Below, piece after piece: positions 8,600 through 17,442 of a stretch of DNA of 39,248 nt (within the stretch, counting starts at the first letter, position 1; every line of letters begins with the position of its first letter). Position numbers and translations under genes: made by a program. The DNA is from an uncultured Bacilli bacterium. Its GTDB lineage: Bacteria; Bacillota_I; Bacilli_A; RF39; UBA660. Where the stretch lies: contig CANRIE010000002.1 of assembly GCA_947630585.1 (NCBI GenBank), positions 1 through 39,248 of the forward strand, written 5' to 3'. Below the pieces are notes generated by a model. The model saw only the letters and a list, made by a program, of their open reading frames with translations, was not told where the DNA came from and made no database searches.

Positions 8600-10018
8600 T
8601 TATTTGACATTTTTTATTTTAATATCATATTTAGACGGACCTGAAATAATATTGCCTTCTAAATCAAATCGTGAACCATGACATGGACAATCCCATGTTT
8701 TTTCAACTAAATTAAATAGTAAATTACATTTTAAATGAGGACATTTTCTTTTTACAATATAATTATGTCCTTGATTATCAATATACATAATCTTATCTTT
8801 ACTGTAAAAAATTAATTTATTCTTAGTAATCATACCTTTAAAGTAACCATTCATACTTTCATAAATATTAATACTTGAATTAACAAATTTCTTTAAAGTT
8901 ATTTTTCTTCTTGGTTTAAATAACTCTTTATATTCTTTATAACTTTTATTCTTCATGATTAAACTTGCTATTACTTTAGCACCTATATGACTTGAAAGTA
9001 AACCCCAAGTATTAAAACCCGTTATTATATACATATCTTTAAATATACTTCCAATAATTGGTAAATAATCATTCGTTACAATATCAATATTACTCCATAA
9101 ATTATCAATATTAGATAAGAAATTACTATTAATAACTTTATCAAATCCTAACTTATCATTTACTTTATTAGCAATCATTCGTGATCCTGTTAAATAAATT
9201 AATTTATCATCATAGAATCTTATTGAATGAACATCTTTATCTATATTAATAGCATTTATATGGTTCATTTCTAAATAAGATTCACCATACCCAATATAAG
9301 ATTTTTCAAGTCTTACTTTTAAAGGAAAGAATAAAGGTTTTAAAAAATAAGGATAATTAGTTGCAAAGATAATAATCTTACTTTGATAATCTTTTCTATT
9401 AGTTTTAATATTATAAATATCATTTTCTTTAGTAACTTCTAAAACATTAGTATCTTCTATAATTCTAACATAGTTAAGTAAATCAACTATCTTATTTAAA
9501 TATTTAATCGGATTTATTTCATATGATTCACTTGTTTTTAAACTGGCTTTAATATCTAAATTATTAAGTTTTAAATCGCTAAATTCAACTTTAAATTTAT
9601 TTTTATCTAAACTTGTTTTTATATTATTTAATTTCTTAATATTACTTTTACAAGTTGTAAATAAGTAAGAATCATTTTTAAAAAAATCACAATCAATATT
9701 ATATTCTTGAATATTACTTTCAAGTAGTTTCATACCATCAATTTGACTCTTGATATATGAGTCTATTTCCTTATCACTTATCTTACTTAAGATATCTTGT
9801 AAAACTGTAACTTTTGCAGTCATCTTAGAAGTTACTCCAGCAAGTATTTTATTTCTTTCTAAAATGGCTATTTTTAAATTACTTTTTTGAAGATAAAAAG
9901 CACTTAAGATTCCTGCTATTCCACCTCCAATAATAATAACATCAAAGTTATCTTCATTACTACTTTTTAAATCATTTTTTAAATAATTATTCCATAAACT
10001 TTCATTTTTCATATTCAT
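8600..10018 (-). CDS. FAD-dependent oxidoreductase fused to a C-terminal Rieske [2Fe-2S] domain (YhfW-like)
   Basis: A dinucleotide-binding motif DVIIIGGGIAGILSAFYL lies near the N-terminus. The C-terminal Rieske signature is CPHLKC...CPCHGSRFDLEGNIISGP. The start is uncertain (ATG at 10018, 10012 or 10051). Confidence 0.75.
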   Translation of the reverse strand: MNMKNESLWNNYLKNDLKSSNEDNFDVIIIGGGIAGILSAFYLQKSNLKIAILERNKILAGVTSKMTAKVTVLQDILSKISDKEIDSYIKSQIDGMKLLESNIQEYNIDCDFFKNDSYLFTTCKSNIKKLNNIKTSLDKNKFKVEFSDLKLNNLDIKASLKTSESYEINPIKYLNKIVDLLNYVRIIEDTNVLEVTKENDIYNIKTNRKDYQSKIIIFATNYPYFLKPLFFPLKVRLEKSYIGYGESYLEMNHINAINIDKDVHSIRFYDDKLIYLTGSRMIANKVNDKLGFDKVINSNFLSNIDNLWSNIDIVTNDYLPIIGSIFKDMYIITGFNTWGLLSSHIGAKVIASLIMKNKSYKEYKELFKPRRKITLKKFVNSSINIYESMNGYFKGMITKNKLIFYSKDKIMYIDNQGHNYIVKRKCPHLKCNLLFNLVEKTWDCPCHGSRFDLEGNIISGPSKYDIKIKNVK

Positions 10019-10073
10019 CTTTATTAGTATTAACAAAACTAAAAAAAACATCCCTAAATTAGGGAGTTTTCAC

Positions 10074-11396
10074 TTATAATTCATAAGTTTTAATATCTGG
10101 TAATTCTCTTTCCTCAAATTGGACTTCGATATTACTATCTGGATTAAGTTTATAATCAGGTGTTAATTTAGTTTTATAAGGTAAAAGTCTTGGAAGTAAG
10201 ATAATCGCTTCAAATATTTTCATATCTTTTAATTCTTGAACACTAATTAACCGTTCATGTTTTTCAGTTTCGCCACACATTATACTAATTTCATCCATTG
10301 TAGAAAAGTCATTACTTCTTAAATAAATAATATTACTAAAACCTAATTTAAGAATATTTATATCATTATAGTTAGCTTTTAATTCCGTGAAACTTTTAAT
10401 AGCACATAAGAATCTTATTTTAATACTTCTTGCATAATTAAGAATATTAGAAAAATCTTTAATTGGAGCTATTTCATCAAAATTATCTAAGATAAAATTA
10501 ACCATATCTTTAACACCATAATATTTAATAGCCTCATATAATTGATTTAATAAAAGTGAGGTTAAAGAATTAGCATATAAACTATCTCCAACTATAACAA
10601 TGGCAAATTTTTCTTTTAGTATTTCTTCAAATTTAAATTCACTTTTAGAAAGTAATTTTGATAAATTAGTTCTAGATACATAAGCTTTAATTTTATAATT
10701 GAAAACGGATATGATACTATTTTTAACATCATCTGGTGCATTTAAAGTACCTGTTAATAGCATATAAATTGAATTAGTTTTACTTAAACTATTCATTAAT
10801 TTTAAACTTTTTTCATTATCACTTAAACTATTAACAATTAAATAAATACTATTTAAGTTAATCTCTTCTTCCTTAGCATTTTCGAATAAATATAAACTTA
10901 TTCCTTTAAAGAAATCAATTGTTACATTAGTCCAATAAGGATCTGATTCATTAGTATCCGAAAATAGATAGTAACCTATTTCATCAAGTAAGTTATAAGC
11001 TAAATCAAAGTTATCTTTTTTATAAAGTTCATATGGTAAACTTAATGGATTAAAGCAAGTACTTAATTTTGGATTTTCAAAATTAAAAATATAAGTTTTA
11101 TAGTTTGATGCTTCAAGTTCATTTTTAACCTTCGCATATTCTTCACCTTTCTTATCAATTATAACCATTGATTCTCCTGATTTAATTGTTGTTCTCATAA
11201 ATGGCAAGACAACACTTTGAGTTTTCCCACTTCCGGTTCCTGCTATAACAAGCGTGTGGCCATCCTTACCTTCGACATAAACTTTGTCCTTATCATAGAT
11301 AAGTGGAATTCCATTTTTAAAATTTCCTGATGTTAAATTATTTTCAGTTAAACTATCAAGTATTTCTCTGGTTGTTGCTAATCTAGCATATTTCAT
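10074..11396 (-). CDS. VirD4/TraG-family (type IV coupling protein-like) P-loop NTPase lacking an N-terminal TM anchor
   Basis: Walker A is VIAGTGSGKTQSVVLPF, with FNPL and DPYW motifs and a Walker-B-like FILDNFDEI. At 440 aa it is shorter than canonical coupling proteins. The weak hairpin TCCCT/AGGGA plus a T-run follows its stop. Confidence 0.65.
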   Translation of the reverse strand: MKYARLATTREILDSLTENNLTSGNFKNGIPLIYDKDKVYVEGKDGHTLVIAGTGSGKTQSVVLPFMRTTIKSGESMVIIDKKGEEYAKVKNELEASNYKTYIFNFENPKLSTCFNPLSLPYELYKKDNFDLAYNLLDEIGYYLFSDTNESDPYWTNVTIDFFKGISLYLFENAKEEEINLNSIYLIVNSLSDNEKSLKLMNSLSKTNSIYMLLTGTLNAPDDVKNSIISVFNYKIKAYVSRTNLSKLLSKSEFKFEEILKEKFAIVIVGDSLYANSLTSLLLNQLYEAIKYYGVKDMVNFILDNFDEIAPIKDFSNILNYARSIKIRFLCAIKSFTELKANYNDINILKLGFSNIIYLRSNDFSTMDEISIMCGETEKHERLISVQELKDMKIFEAIILLPRLLPYKTKLTPDYKLNPDSNIEVQFEERELPDIKTYEL

Positions 11397-11508
11397 TTTT
11401 CATCCCTCCAACACTTACCATTAAATCATAAAATTATAGAACTTTTTTAAACAAAATTGACTTATTTTCTAAATTATGATAAAATATCTCCCATAAAAAG
11501 GAGTTATT

Positions 11509-11976
11509 ATGTATTCAAATTCTTTAATAATTAAAGTTTTAAATTATTTAAATTCCAATTTATATCAAAAAATAGAATTAGATTCTCTAGCTCAAGTATT
11601 TCATTATAATAAGTTTTATTTGATAAGACTATTTAAGAAAGAACTTGGGATAACTATCAATGACTATCTTAATCAAATGCGAATTTATAATTCTTTAGAG
11701 CTAATTGTTAATCCTAATTATTCTTGTTTAAAAGCTGCTCTTACGTTTGGATTTTCAAGTTTAGAATATTACTCTGAAACATTCAAAGATATAATTGGCA
11801 TTAGTCCTTTAAAATATCGAGCATTTTATTTAAAGAAAGATAACTTAACTGATGATACTAAAAATTTAGTAATTAACAAAGTTATTAATCTTCATAATCT
11901 AAAAGAAAAAAGTAATTATTATCTTAGAAATACTAAACCTAAAAGTTTTGTTAAAGTTAAAAAAAGATTTACTTAA
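11509..11976 (+). CDS. AraC-family HTH transcriptional regulator (DNA-binding domain only)
   Basis: 155 aa with an AAAGGAG RBS. It carries the tandem HTH pattern LDSLAQVFHYNKFYLIRLFKKELGITINDYLNQMRI...FGFSSLEYYSETFKDIIGISPLKYR. Confidence 0.8.
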   Translation: MYSNSLIIKVLNYLNSNLYQKIELDSLAQVFHYNKFYLIRLFKKELGITINDYLNQMRIYNSLELIVNPNYSCLKAALTFGFSSLEYYSETFKDIIGISPLKYRAFYLKKDNLTDDTKNLVINKVINLHNLKEKSNYYLRNTKPKSFVKVKKRFT

Positions 11977-13636
11977 GGCTCTCAAGGCACTTTGTAAATC
12001 TTTCTTTTATTTTACCTTTTCCAAGTAAAGTCATGATTATAAATAAATCAGGGGTATTAGTTTTACTAGTTAAACTAACGCGAATTACACCGGTTACATC
12101 AGCTATATTTCCTTTATAGGCATCAGGATTCTTTTTATAGTCTTTAATGTTTGCTGCGTATCCTAGTTTTTCACACATTTCTTTGACTTTATTAAACCAA
12201 ATATCTTTATCAGATAAATCTAAATATTCATCATAATAAGTATTTAAAATTGTTTTTATTTCTTCTTTATCAGTTATTTTAGTAAATTCATAATTAATAT
12301 CTTTAAATAATTCATCAAACATATAGAATACGAATCCTCTAATACTTGAATAACTAACATAATCTTTCCGTGGTTTCTCTCCTTCTCTTTCAATATTGAA
12401 AACTTTAATTGCATATTCTTTATTATTTACTAACACATCATGAAACTCTTTATCGAATTCATTGGTCCAAATAAGTAAATTATCATATATTTCACTTGCT
12501 TTCATCTTACCAAAGTAATTTTTAGAAATATTAAATAATTTTGCTGTATCAAATAAAGTTCCACTGGCACTTATCTTTTTAAAATCATATTTAAAATCAT
12601 TGATATCCCCGTCAGGATTATTATCAAGCCATTCTTCAAAGTTTGAGTTTGCTATTGTCATTAAATATAGTTTAACTGCTTCTTTAGGAATTCCTTCTTT
12701 ATGATAATATTCAACACTTGCTTCTGGATCTTTTCTTTTAGATAATTTTCGTCTTACTCCGTTTTCATCAATTTTCATGACTAACCCAAGGTGAGCATAC
12801 TTTGGTTTTTCAAAGCCAAATATCTCAAATAATTGGTCATGAATTGGAAATGATGCAATCCATTCTTCTCCTCTCATAATATGAGTAGTTCGCATTAAAT
12901 GATCATCTACTAAATGAGCAAAGTGATAAGTTGGTAATTTATCAGTTGATTTAATCAAAACAACATCTAAATCATTTTCAGGAAATTCTATATCTCCTCT
13001 TGCTAAATCATTTAAAATAATTTTTTTGTTGAAGTTGCCAGGTGATTTTAATCTTACAACGAACTCTTCCCCATTTTTAATTCTTGTAATTGCTTCATCA
13101 ATATCCATACTCCTACACTTAGCAAATGAACCGTAATAACCTATTCTTTCTTTATTTAATTCTTGAATTTCTCTCGTTTCATCAAGTTCATGGGATGTGC
13201 AAAAGCAAGGATAAGCAAGTCCTCTTAAAACTAAGTCTTTCGCGAAAGTATGATAAATTTCCATTCTTTCACTTTGAATATAAGGTCCATATTCTCCTAT
13301 ACTATGTTCTTCATCAATCATTCCTTCATCTGGTATAATATCAAAGTTTTTTAAATCGTTAAGTATTCCAGTTATACCATTTTCAACACTTCTTTTTTGG
13401 TCTGTATCTTCAATTCGAAGATAAAAAACTCCATCCGTTTCTTTAGCTACCTTATAGGCTTGAAATGCTCCAAGTAAGCTTCCCATATGAACAAAACCAG
13501 TTGGACTTGGTGCAAACCTAGTTACAATTGCCCCCTCTTTTAGATTCCTTTTTGGATACATTGCTTCATAGTCAGCTACTGTCTTAGTAACATCTGGAAA
13601 CATCGCATCAGCAAGCTCCCTTAATTTATTTTCCAT
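11969..13636 (-). CDS. gltX: Glutamate--tRNA ligase (long class-I GluRS-type form)
   Basis: The HIGH-region analogue is RFAPSPTGFVHMGS and the KMSKS analogue is KLSKRK. YLRIEDTD is also present, and an AAGGAGAG RBS precedes the start. Confidence 0.8.
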   Translation of the reverse strand: MENKLRELADAMFPDVTKTVADYEAMYPKRNLKEGAIVTRFAPSPTGFVHMGSLLGAFQAYKVAKETDGVFYLRIEDTDQKRSVENGITGILNDLKNFDIIPDEGMIDEEHSIGEYGPYIQSERMEIYHTFAKDLVLRGLAYPCFCTSHELDETREIQELNKERIGYYGSFAKCRSMDIDEAITRIKNGEEFVVRLKSPGNFNKKIILNDLARGDIEFPENDLDVVLIKSTDKLPTYHFAHLVDDHLMRTTHIMRGEEWIASFPIHDQLFEIFGFEKPKYAHLGLVMKIDENGVRRKLSKRKDPEASVEYYHKEGIPKEAVKLYLMTIANSNFEEWLDNNPDGDINDFKYDFKKISASGTLFDTAKLFNISKNYFGKMKASEIYDNLLIWTNEFDKEFHDVLVNNKEYAIKVFNIEREGEKPRKDYVSYSSIRGFVFYMFDELFKDINYEFTKITDKEEIKTILNTYYDEYLDLSDKDIWFNKVKEMCEKLGYAANIKDYKKNPDAYKGNIADVTGVIRVSLTSKTNTPDLFIIMTLLGKGKIKERFTKCLESLK

Positions 13637-13682
13637 AGTTCATCTCTCCTTAAAAACTTTTATTATTTTATCTAAATATATC

Positions 13683-15140
13683 TTATTTGTCAACACTTTC
13701 TGATGCTTTTATAAACTCTAAAATTTTATTTCTCGCGGTTGGCGTTACAACTTTATCAAGCCATTCTTCTTTTGGAATATACGCTTCACTATCAGTTATA
13801 ATTCTTACTCTATCTTGATTTCCTAAAACATAGTCAACAGGAACGGCTTCATCATTTACAATAGCTGCAACCATCGTATTTCCTATATCCGTATGAATTT
13901 TATAAGCAAAATCAATAACTGTTGCTCCATCAGGAAGTTCTATAACTTCACCACTTGTTGTATAAACATAAATATTACTTGAAAATAATTCTTTTTTAAT
14001 ACTAGTAACAAACTCTATATTATCAAGAATCGTACTATCGAGTTCTTTAATTGATTTAAAGAATTGAAAATTATCTTCTAAATCTTTTTGCATTAAATTC
14101 CTGGCATTATTTTTATACTTAAACCAATAAGATGTAAGACCAAAAATAGCCACTCTTTCCATATCAAAAGTTCTAATTTGAAATTGTAATAAATGGTTAT
14201 CTCTCCCAAATACTGTTGTATGAATTGATTTATACATATTAGTCTTTGGCTTTGCTATATAATCTTTAAATCTACTATTAATTGGAGTAAAATGTTCATG
14301 AATTAGCATTAAAGCAAGATAACAATCTTTAACGTTTTTAGTTAAAACTTTAATACACATTAAATCATGTATCATTTCAAAATTAACTTTCGTAAGTAAT
14401 TTTTTATATATACTATAATTATCTTTATATCTTATTTCAAATTTAGCTTTAACCCCATTCTTTTTAAATATTGCTTCAACTTCCTTTTTAGTTTCTTCAA
14501 GTATTTCTTTCGTCTCTTTTTTTAAGTCTTCGCGTTGTTTATTAATATCTCCATATAAACTAGGTTTTAAATATTTAAAAGCAATATTTTCAAGTTCATC
14601 TTTTATTTTACATGCTCCAATATAATATGCTAATGGAACATAAATTTCTAACGTTTCCAAAGCCTTTGATTGTTGTTTTTCTAAACTTTTATATTCAAGT
14701 GTTCTCATATTATGTAGTCTATCTGATAATTTTATAATAATAATTCTTGGATCTTTCGCAAGACTTACTATTAATCTTCGAAGATTAATTGCTGATAATT
14801 CTTTTTTATCATTAAAGTCAATTTTAGTCATCTTGGTAACTCCATCAACTAAATCGCGAACGGTTTTATTAAATCTTTTTTCAACATCTTCTAAAGTTGA
14901 TTCGGTATCTTCAACAACATCATGAAGCATTCCAGCACATAATGTATCAATATCAGCATGCATTTCAGCTAAAAAATAAGTTACATACAAGGGATGGATA
15001 ATATAAGGCTCCCCACTTGCTCTTTTTTGGTCTTGATGATACCTTCTAGCATAATCATAGGCTTTTCTTAATTTAGGTACATCAAACGGAGCATAACTTA
15101 TAACCAATTTTTCTAAATCATTATATGAAATGTTACTCAT
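13683..15140 (-). CDS. rel: Bifunctional RelA/SpoT-homolog (p)ppGpp synthetase/hydrolase, ending shortly after the TGS domain
   Basis: The HD hydrolase motif is HPLYVTYFLAEMHADIDTLCAGMLHDVVEDT. The synthetase core is YKSIHTTVFG...QFQIRT and the TGS domain is IYVYTTSGEVIELPDGATVIDFAYKIH. The start is taken at the ATG following the AGGTGA RBS. Confidence 0.85.
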   Translation of the reverse strand: MSNISYNDLEKLVISYAPFDVPKLRKAYDYARRYHQDQKRASGEPYIIHPLYVTYFLAEMHADIDTLCAGMLHDVVEDTESTLEDVEKRFNKTVRDLVDGVTKMTKIDFNDKKELSAINLRRLIVSLAKDPRIIIIKLSDRLHNMRTLEYKSLEKQQSKALETLEIYVPLAYYIGACKIKDELENIAFKYLKPSLYGDINKQREDLKKETKEILEETKKEVEAIFKKNGVKAKFEIRYKDNYSIYKKLLTKVNFEMIHDLMCIKVLTKNVKDCYLALMLIHEHFTPINSRFKDYIAKPKTNMYKSIHTTVFGRDNHLLQFQIRTFDMERVAIFGLTSYWFKYKNNARNLMQKDLEDNFQFFKSIKELDSTILDNIEFVTSIKKELFSSNIYVYTTSGEVIELPDGATVIDFAYKIHTDIGNTMVAAIVNDEAVPVDYVLGNQDRVRIITDSEAYIPKEEWLDKVVTPTARNKILEFIKASESVDK

Positions 15141-15226
15141 ATCCATCACCTACCATTAATATTATATAGAAAAAATGACTTAAAATCAACATTTTAAATC
15201 ACTTTCTTAATATTTTCTTAATATTT

Positions 15227-17197
15227 TTATTCAGGCAAACCTATTGTGTAGGCAGTATCAGGACTCATCCCATCTCCCGAAGTTATTATTACTTCAGACT
15301 TTAGAAAAATAGTAGGACGTGTGGCTTGAAGATCATATGGTTGAACAGTAGTAAGACCACCATCATAATTTGCTCGAAATACTTGATAAGATGAGGTATT
15401 TGTAGTAGCTGGTGTTATTAACCATAAATTTTGTAGAGTATCATTACTACCACCTCCTAATATTGCTGAAAACATTTCTCCTACTCGAGGTAGTCCAACG
15501 AGTCCTGTCCATGTACTACTTGTTTTTGTACAATTTTTAGTTGTTTCGTTAATATCTTCTTCTAAACATATAGCTATTTTATAATTTCCTTTCGATGAAT
15601 ATGTACTTACAGTTCCTAAATAATATGTTCCTTCTGTTATATATTTTTTTAAATTATCAGTTAGCCACACGTTATTTAAATAATAACCCCACCAACTATC
15701 ATTACCATTCACTGAGTGTTCCCAACTTGTATCGTTTAAAATATATGAATAACTTTTTCTTAATATATTATTTTTTTCATCTCTTACATAATCTGTACTT
15801 ATTAATTTAGTTGTTCCATTATCTTCTACATTAATTATTCTATAAATTTTATCATCTACTTTGACATACTCCCCACTTAATCTTGTATTTACTTTTTCAT
15901 TCGCTTTTCCAATTTCTTTATCCACTTTTATACGATAAGGATTGTCCTTGCTTCCATCTCCAACGTCTGTAATCAAAACTTTAGATTTTAAATTAACAAC
16001 AGGACGCGGAGATGCACTAGAAAGAGAGCTTTGACAAGCATTATGATAACCATTAGTATCTACTATTTGAATCATATTTTTACTTTCACATGGAGTTATT
16101 AATTTCCAATAATAGCCTATATTTAAATATCCATTTTTATAAGCATCAGAAGTAGTGCCTAATTTTAGATAACTTTGATAATATTCATATGTATTTAATA
16201 AACCAACAGCTCCATTTACTATTTTTCCCGTAATTGGTGGTTTTTTTGGCGTAGTACCAAGATAAGATGAATTCCAACTAGCATCTTCTACAATTGTTTC
16301 TTCATAATTATATAAGGTACTCAAGAAATCTTCATTTAACCATTGATATATCCATGAACCTTCATAGGTTGAAGTTTCATTCCAGTGTAACGATCCCATT
16401 AAATCTTGAGTAATTATTTTTATTGTCTCATCAGGATTAATTGCTACTATTCTCCATAGTTTTCCGGAATACCAGATATAATTGAAATTAATTGTCTCAT
16501 TACTACCTGATAAATAAATTGTTCCATCCGTATCTGTTATAGAATTGCTATCATTTATCTTTTCTTTAATAGTTTTATATAATGATATACCAACAGATTT
16601 TTCTTCAAAATCTCCATTTACTGATACTTTGATACTTGCAAATACATCATTATTCCATACTTTACTTGAGTAATCAGCACCTTCTATATCTCCAATACTA
16701 ACTTCATCTGTTATCCACATATATAATCTATATTTAATACTTGTCTTAGTTTTAGTATTAGATGCAATTGTATTAACCCATATTTTTGTGTTATCTATCT
16801 CCTCATAAGTTCCATCTTCAATAACTGGAGTAACTTCATCACCTACTATTTCTTCAAGTCTAAATCTTAAGAATTTATCATCAAGTCTTGTTTTTCTTGT
16901 TTCATGTTCTTCTCCATGATTTATTAATATTTCATAATAAATATCTTTAGAATATGTATTCTTGCCTTCAATTGTAAATTCAAAATAAGTTTCAGGGTCA
17001 TAACTACTCCTTGGCATCATTAATTCAGCATTAATGACAGTATTACTTTCGGTATATTTCATAAATACATCGCCTGCAACTAAGACTTGATTTTCAGTTG
17101 TATTTACAAATATAAAATAAGCAAAAGCTCCACTTATTACCCCTACCATAACTAATAAGGTTATTAGTCCTACTATTAATATTTTTTTATTATTCAT
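15227..17197 (-). CDS. Paralog 1 of a secreted/surface protein family (TasA-like signal region plus two WLITP...RP lectin-like modules)
   Basis: 656 aa with a GGAG RBS. The N-terminus is a KK-hydrophobic stretch ending GAFAYF, followed by VLVAGDVFMKYTESN. There are two modules ending YYWKLITP...SPRPVVNLKS and NLWLITP...ATRPTIFLKS. The N-terminal third is similar to 36318-37958 and the remainder is similar to 24828-26777. Confidence 0.8.
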   Translation of the reverse strand: MNNKKILIVGLITLLVMVGVISGAFAYFIFVNTTENQVLVAGDVFMKYTESNTVINAELMMPRSSYDPETYFEFTIEGKNTYSKDIYYEILINHGEEHETRKTRLDDKFLRFRLEEIVGDEVTPVIEDGTYEEIDNTKIWVNTIASNTKTKTSIKYRLYMWITDEVSIGDIEGADYSSKVWNNDVFASIKVSVNGDFEEKSVGISLYKTIKEKINDSNSITDTDGTIYLSGSNETINFNYIWYSGKLWRIVAINPDETIKIITQDLMGSLHWNETSTYEGSWIYQWLNEDFLSTLYNYEETIVEDASWNSSYLGTTPKKPPITGKIVNGAVGLLNTYEYYQSYLKLGTTSDAYKNGYLNIGYYWKLITPCESKNMIQIVDTNGYHNACQSSLSSASPRPVVNLKSKVLITDVGDGSKDNPYRIKVDKEIGKANEKVNTRLSGEYVKVDDKIYRIINVEDNGTTKLISTDYVRDEKNNILRKSYSYILNDTSWEHSVNGNDSWWGYYLNNVWLTDNLKKYITEGTYYLGTVSTYSSKGNYKIAICLEEDINETTKNCTKTSSTWTGLVGLPRVGEMFSAILGGGSNDTLQNLWLITPATTNTSSYQVFRANYDGGLTTVQPYDLQATRPTIFLKSEVIITSGDGMSPDTAYTIGLPE

Positions 17198-17222
17198 TTT
17201 ATCATACTCCTATTCTATTTAT

Positions 17223-17251
17223 ATTTTAACATGTTCTGCCCCTAAATACAA
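17223..17251 (-). promoter_or_regulatory. Putative gene-proximal promoter of paralog 1
   Basis: On the minus strand, TTGTAT, a 17-nt spacer and TAAAAT with an upstream TGt (extended -10) lie between the terminator and the RBS. The same arrangement is conserved upstream of paralog 2. Confidence 0.4.
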
Positions 17252-17260
17252 ATCATATTT

Positions 17261-17306
17261 AAAAAGACATATAAAACCTAGTATTATTCTACCAGTTTTA
17301 TATGTC
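17261..17306 (-). terminator. Intrinsic terminator inside the upstream cassette of paralog 1
   Basis: A perfect 12-bp stem GACATATAAAAC / GTTTTATATGTC with a 17-nt loop is followed by TTTTT on the minus strand. The same stem sequence occurs at 26848-26891, and a related stem occurs at 38058-38112. Confidence 0.7.
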
Positions 17307-17339
17307 GAAATTCATCGTTTATTGTAATTTCATTTTGTA

Positions 17340-17414
17340 TTAATTTTGATACACCCCCCCCATTGTTATCAAATTGTCAACATATTTTCTTGATACATTA
17401 ATTAATTTTAACAT
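17340..17414 (-). CDS. Conserved 24-codon sORF containing a G8 tract (MLKLINVSRKYVDNLITMGGVYQN)
   Basis: A strong AAAGGTAGGTGA RBS lies 5 nt upstream of the ATG. The homopolymer at 17354-17361 encodes Gly-Gly. Paralogous sORFs with the same peptide core (YV-N/D-x-L-x-T-x-GG-x-Y) lie at 26919-26999 and 38138-38209. Confidence 0.6.
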   Translation of the reverse strand: MLKLINVSRKYVDNLITMGGVYQN

Positions 17415-17442
17415 GAGGGTCACCTACCTTTAATCTATTACT

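Noticed and set aside
10074-11396. The VirD4-like gene might indicate an integrative conjugative element in the window.
   Set aside because: No relaxase, T4SS channel genes, integrase or att-like repeats are nearby. The neighbours are housekeeping or T7SS genes.
15227-17197. There might be additional DGR variable repeats in paralogs 1 and 2 (their WLITP...RP modules at about 15300-15450, 15990-16110, 24900-25050 and 25600-25720).
   Set aside because: The modules are related to the VR-bearing module only at the protein-motif level. I found no nucleotide stretch matching the TR or its GC-rich ends (GGACGGAGACAAAAGCCA, CGGGCGAACGGC) there.
17354-17361. The poly-G tract might act as the variable spacer of a phase-variable promoter (TTGATA-15-TATCAA around the tract).
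   Set aside because: The hexamers are weak, the spacing is off (15 nt), and the arrangement is not conserved in the third cassette. The tract lies in frame inside a conserved sORF with a strong RBS in all three copies, which is the better-supported reading. This remains a secondary possibility.
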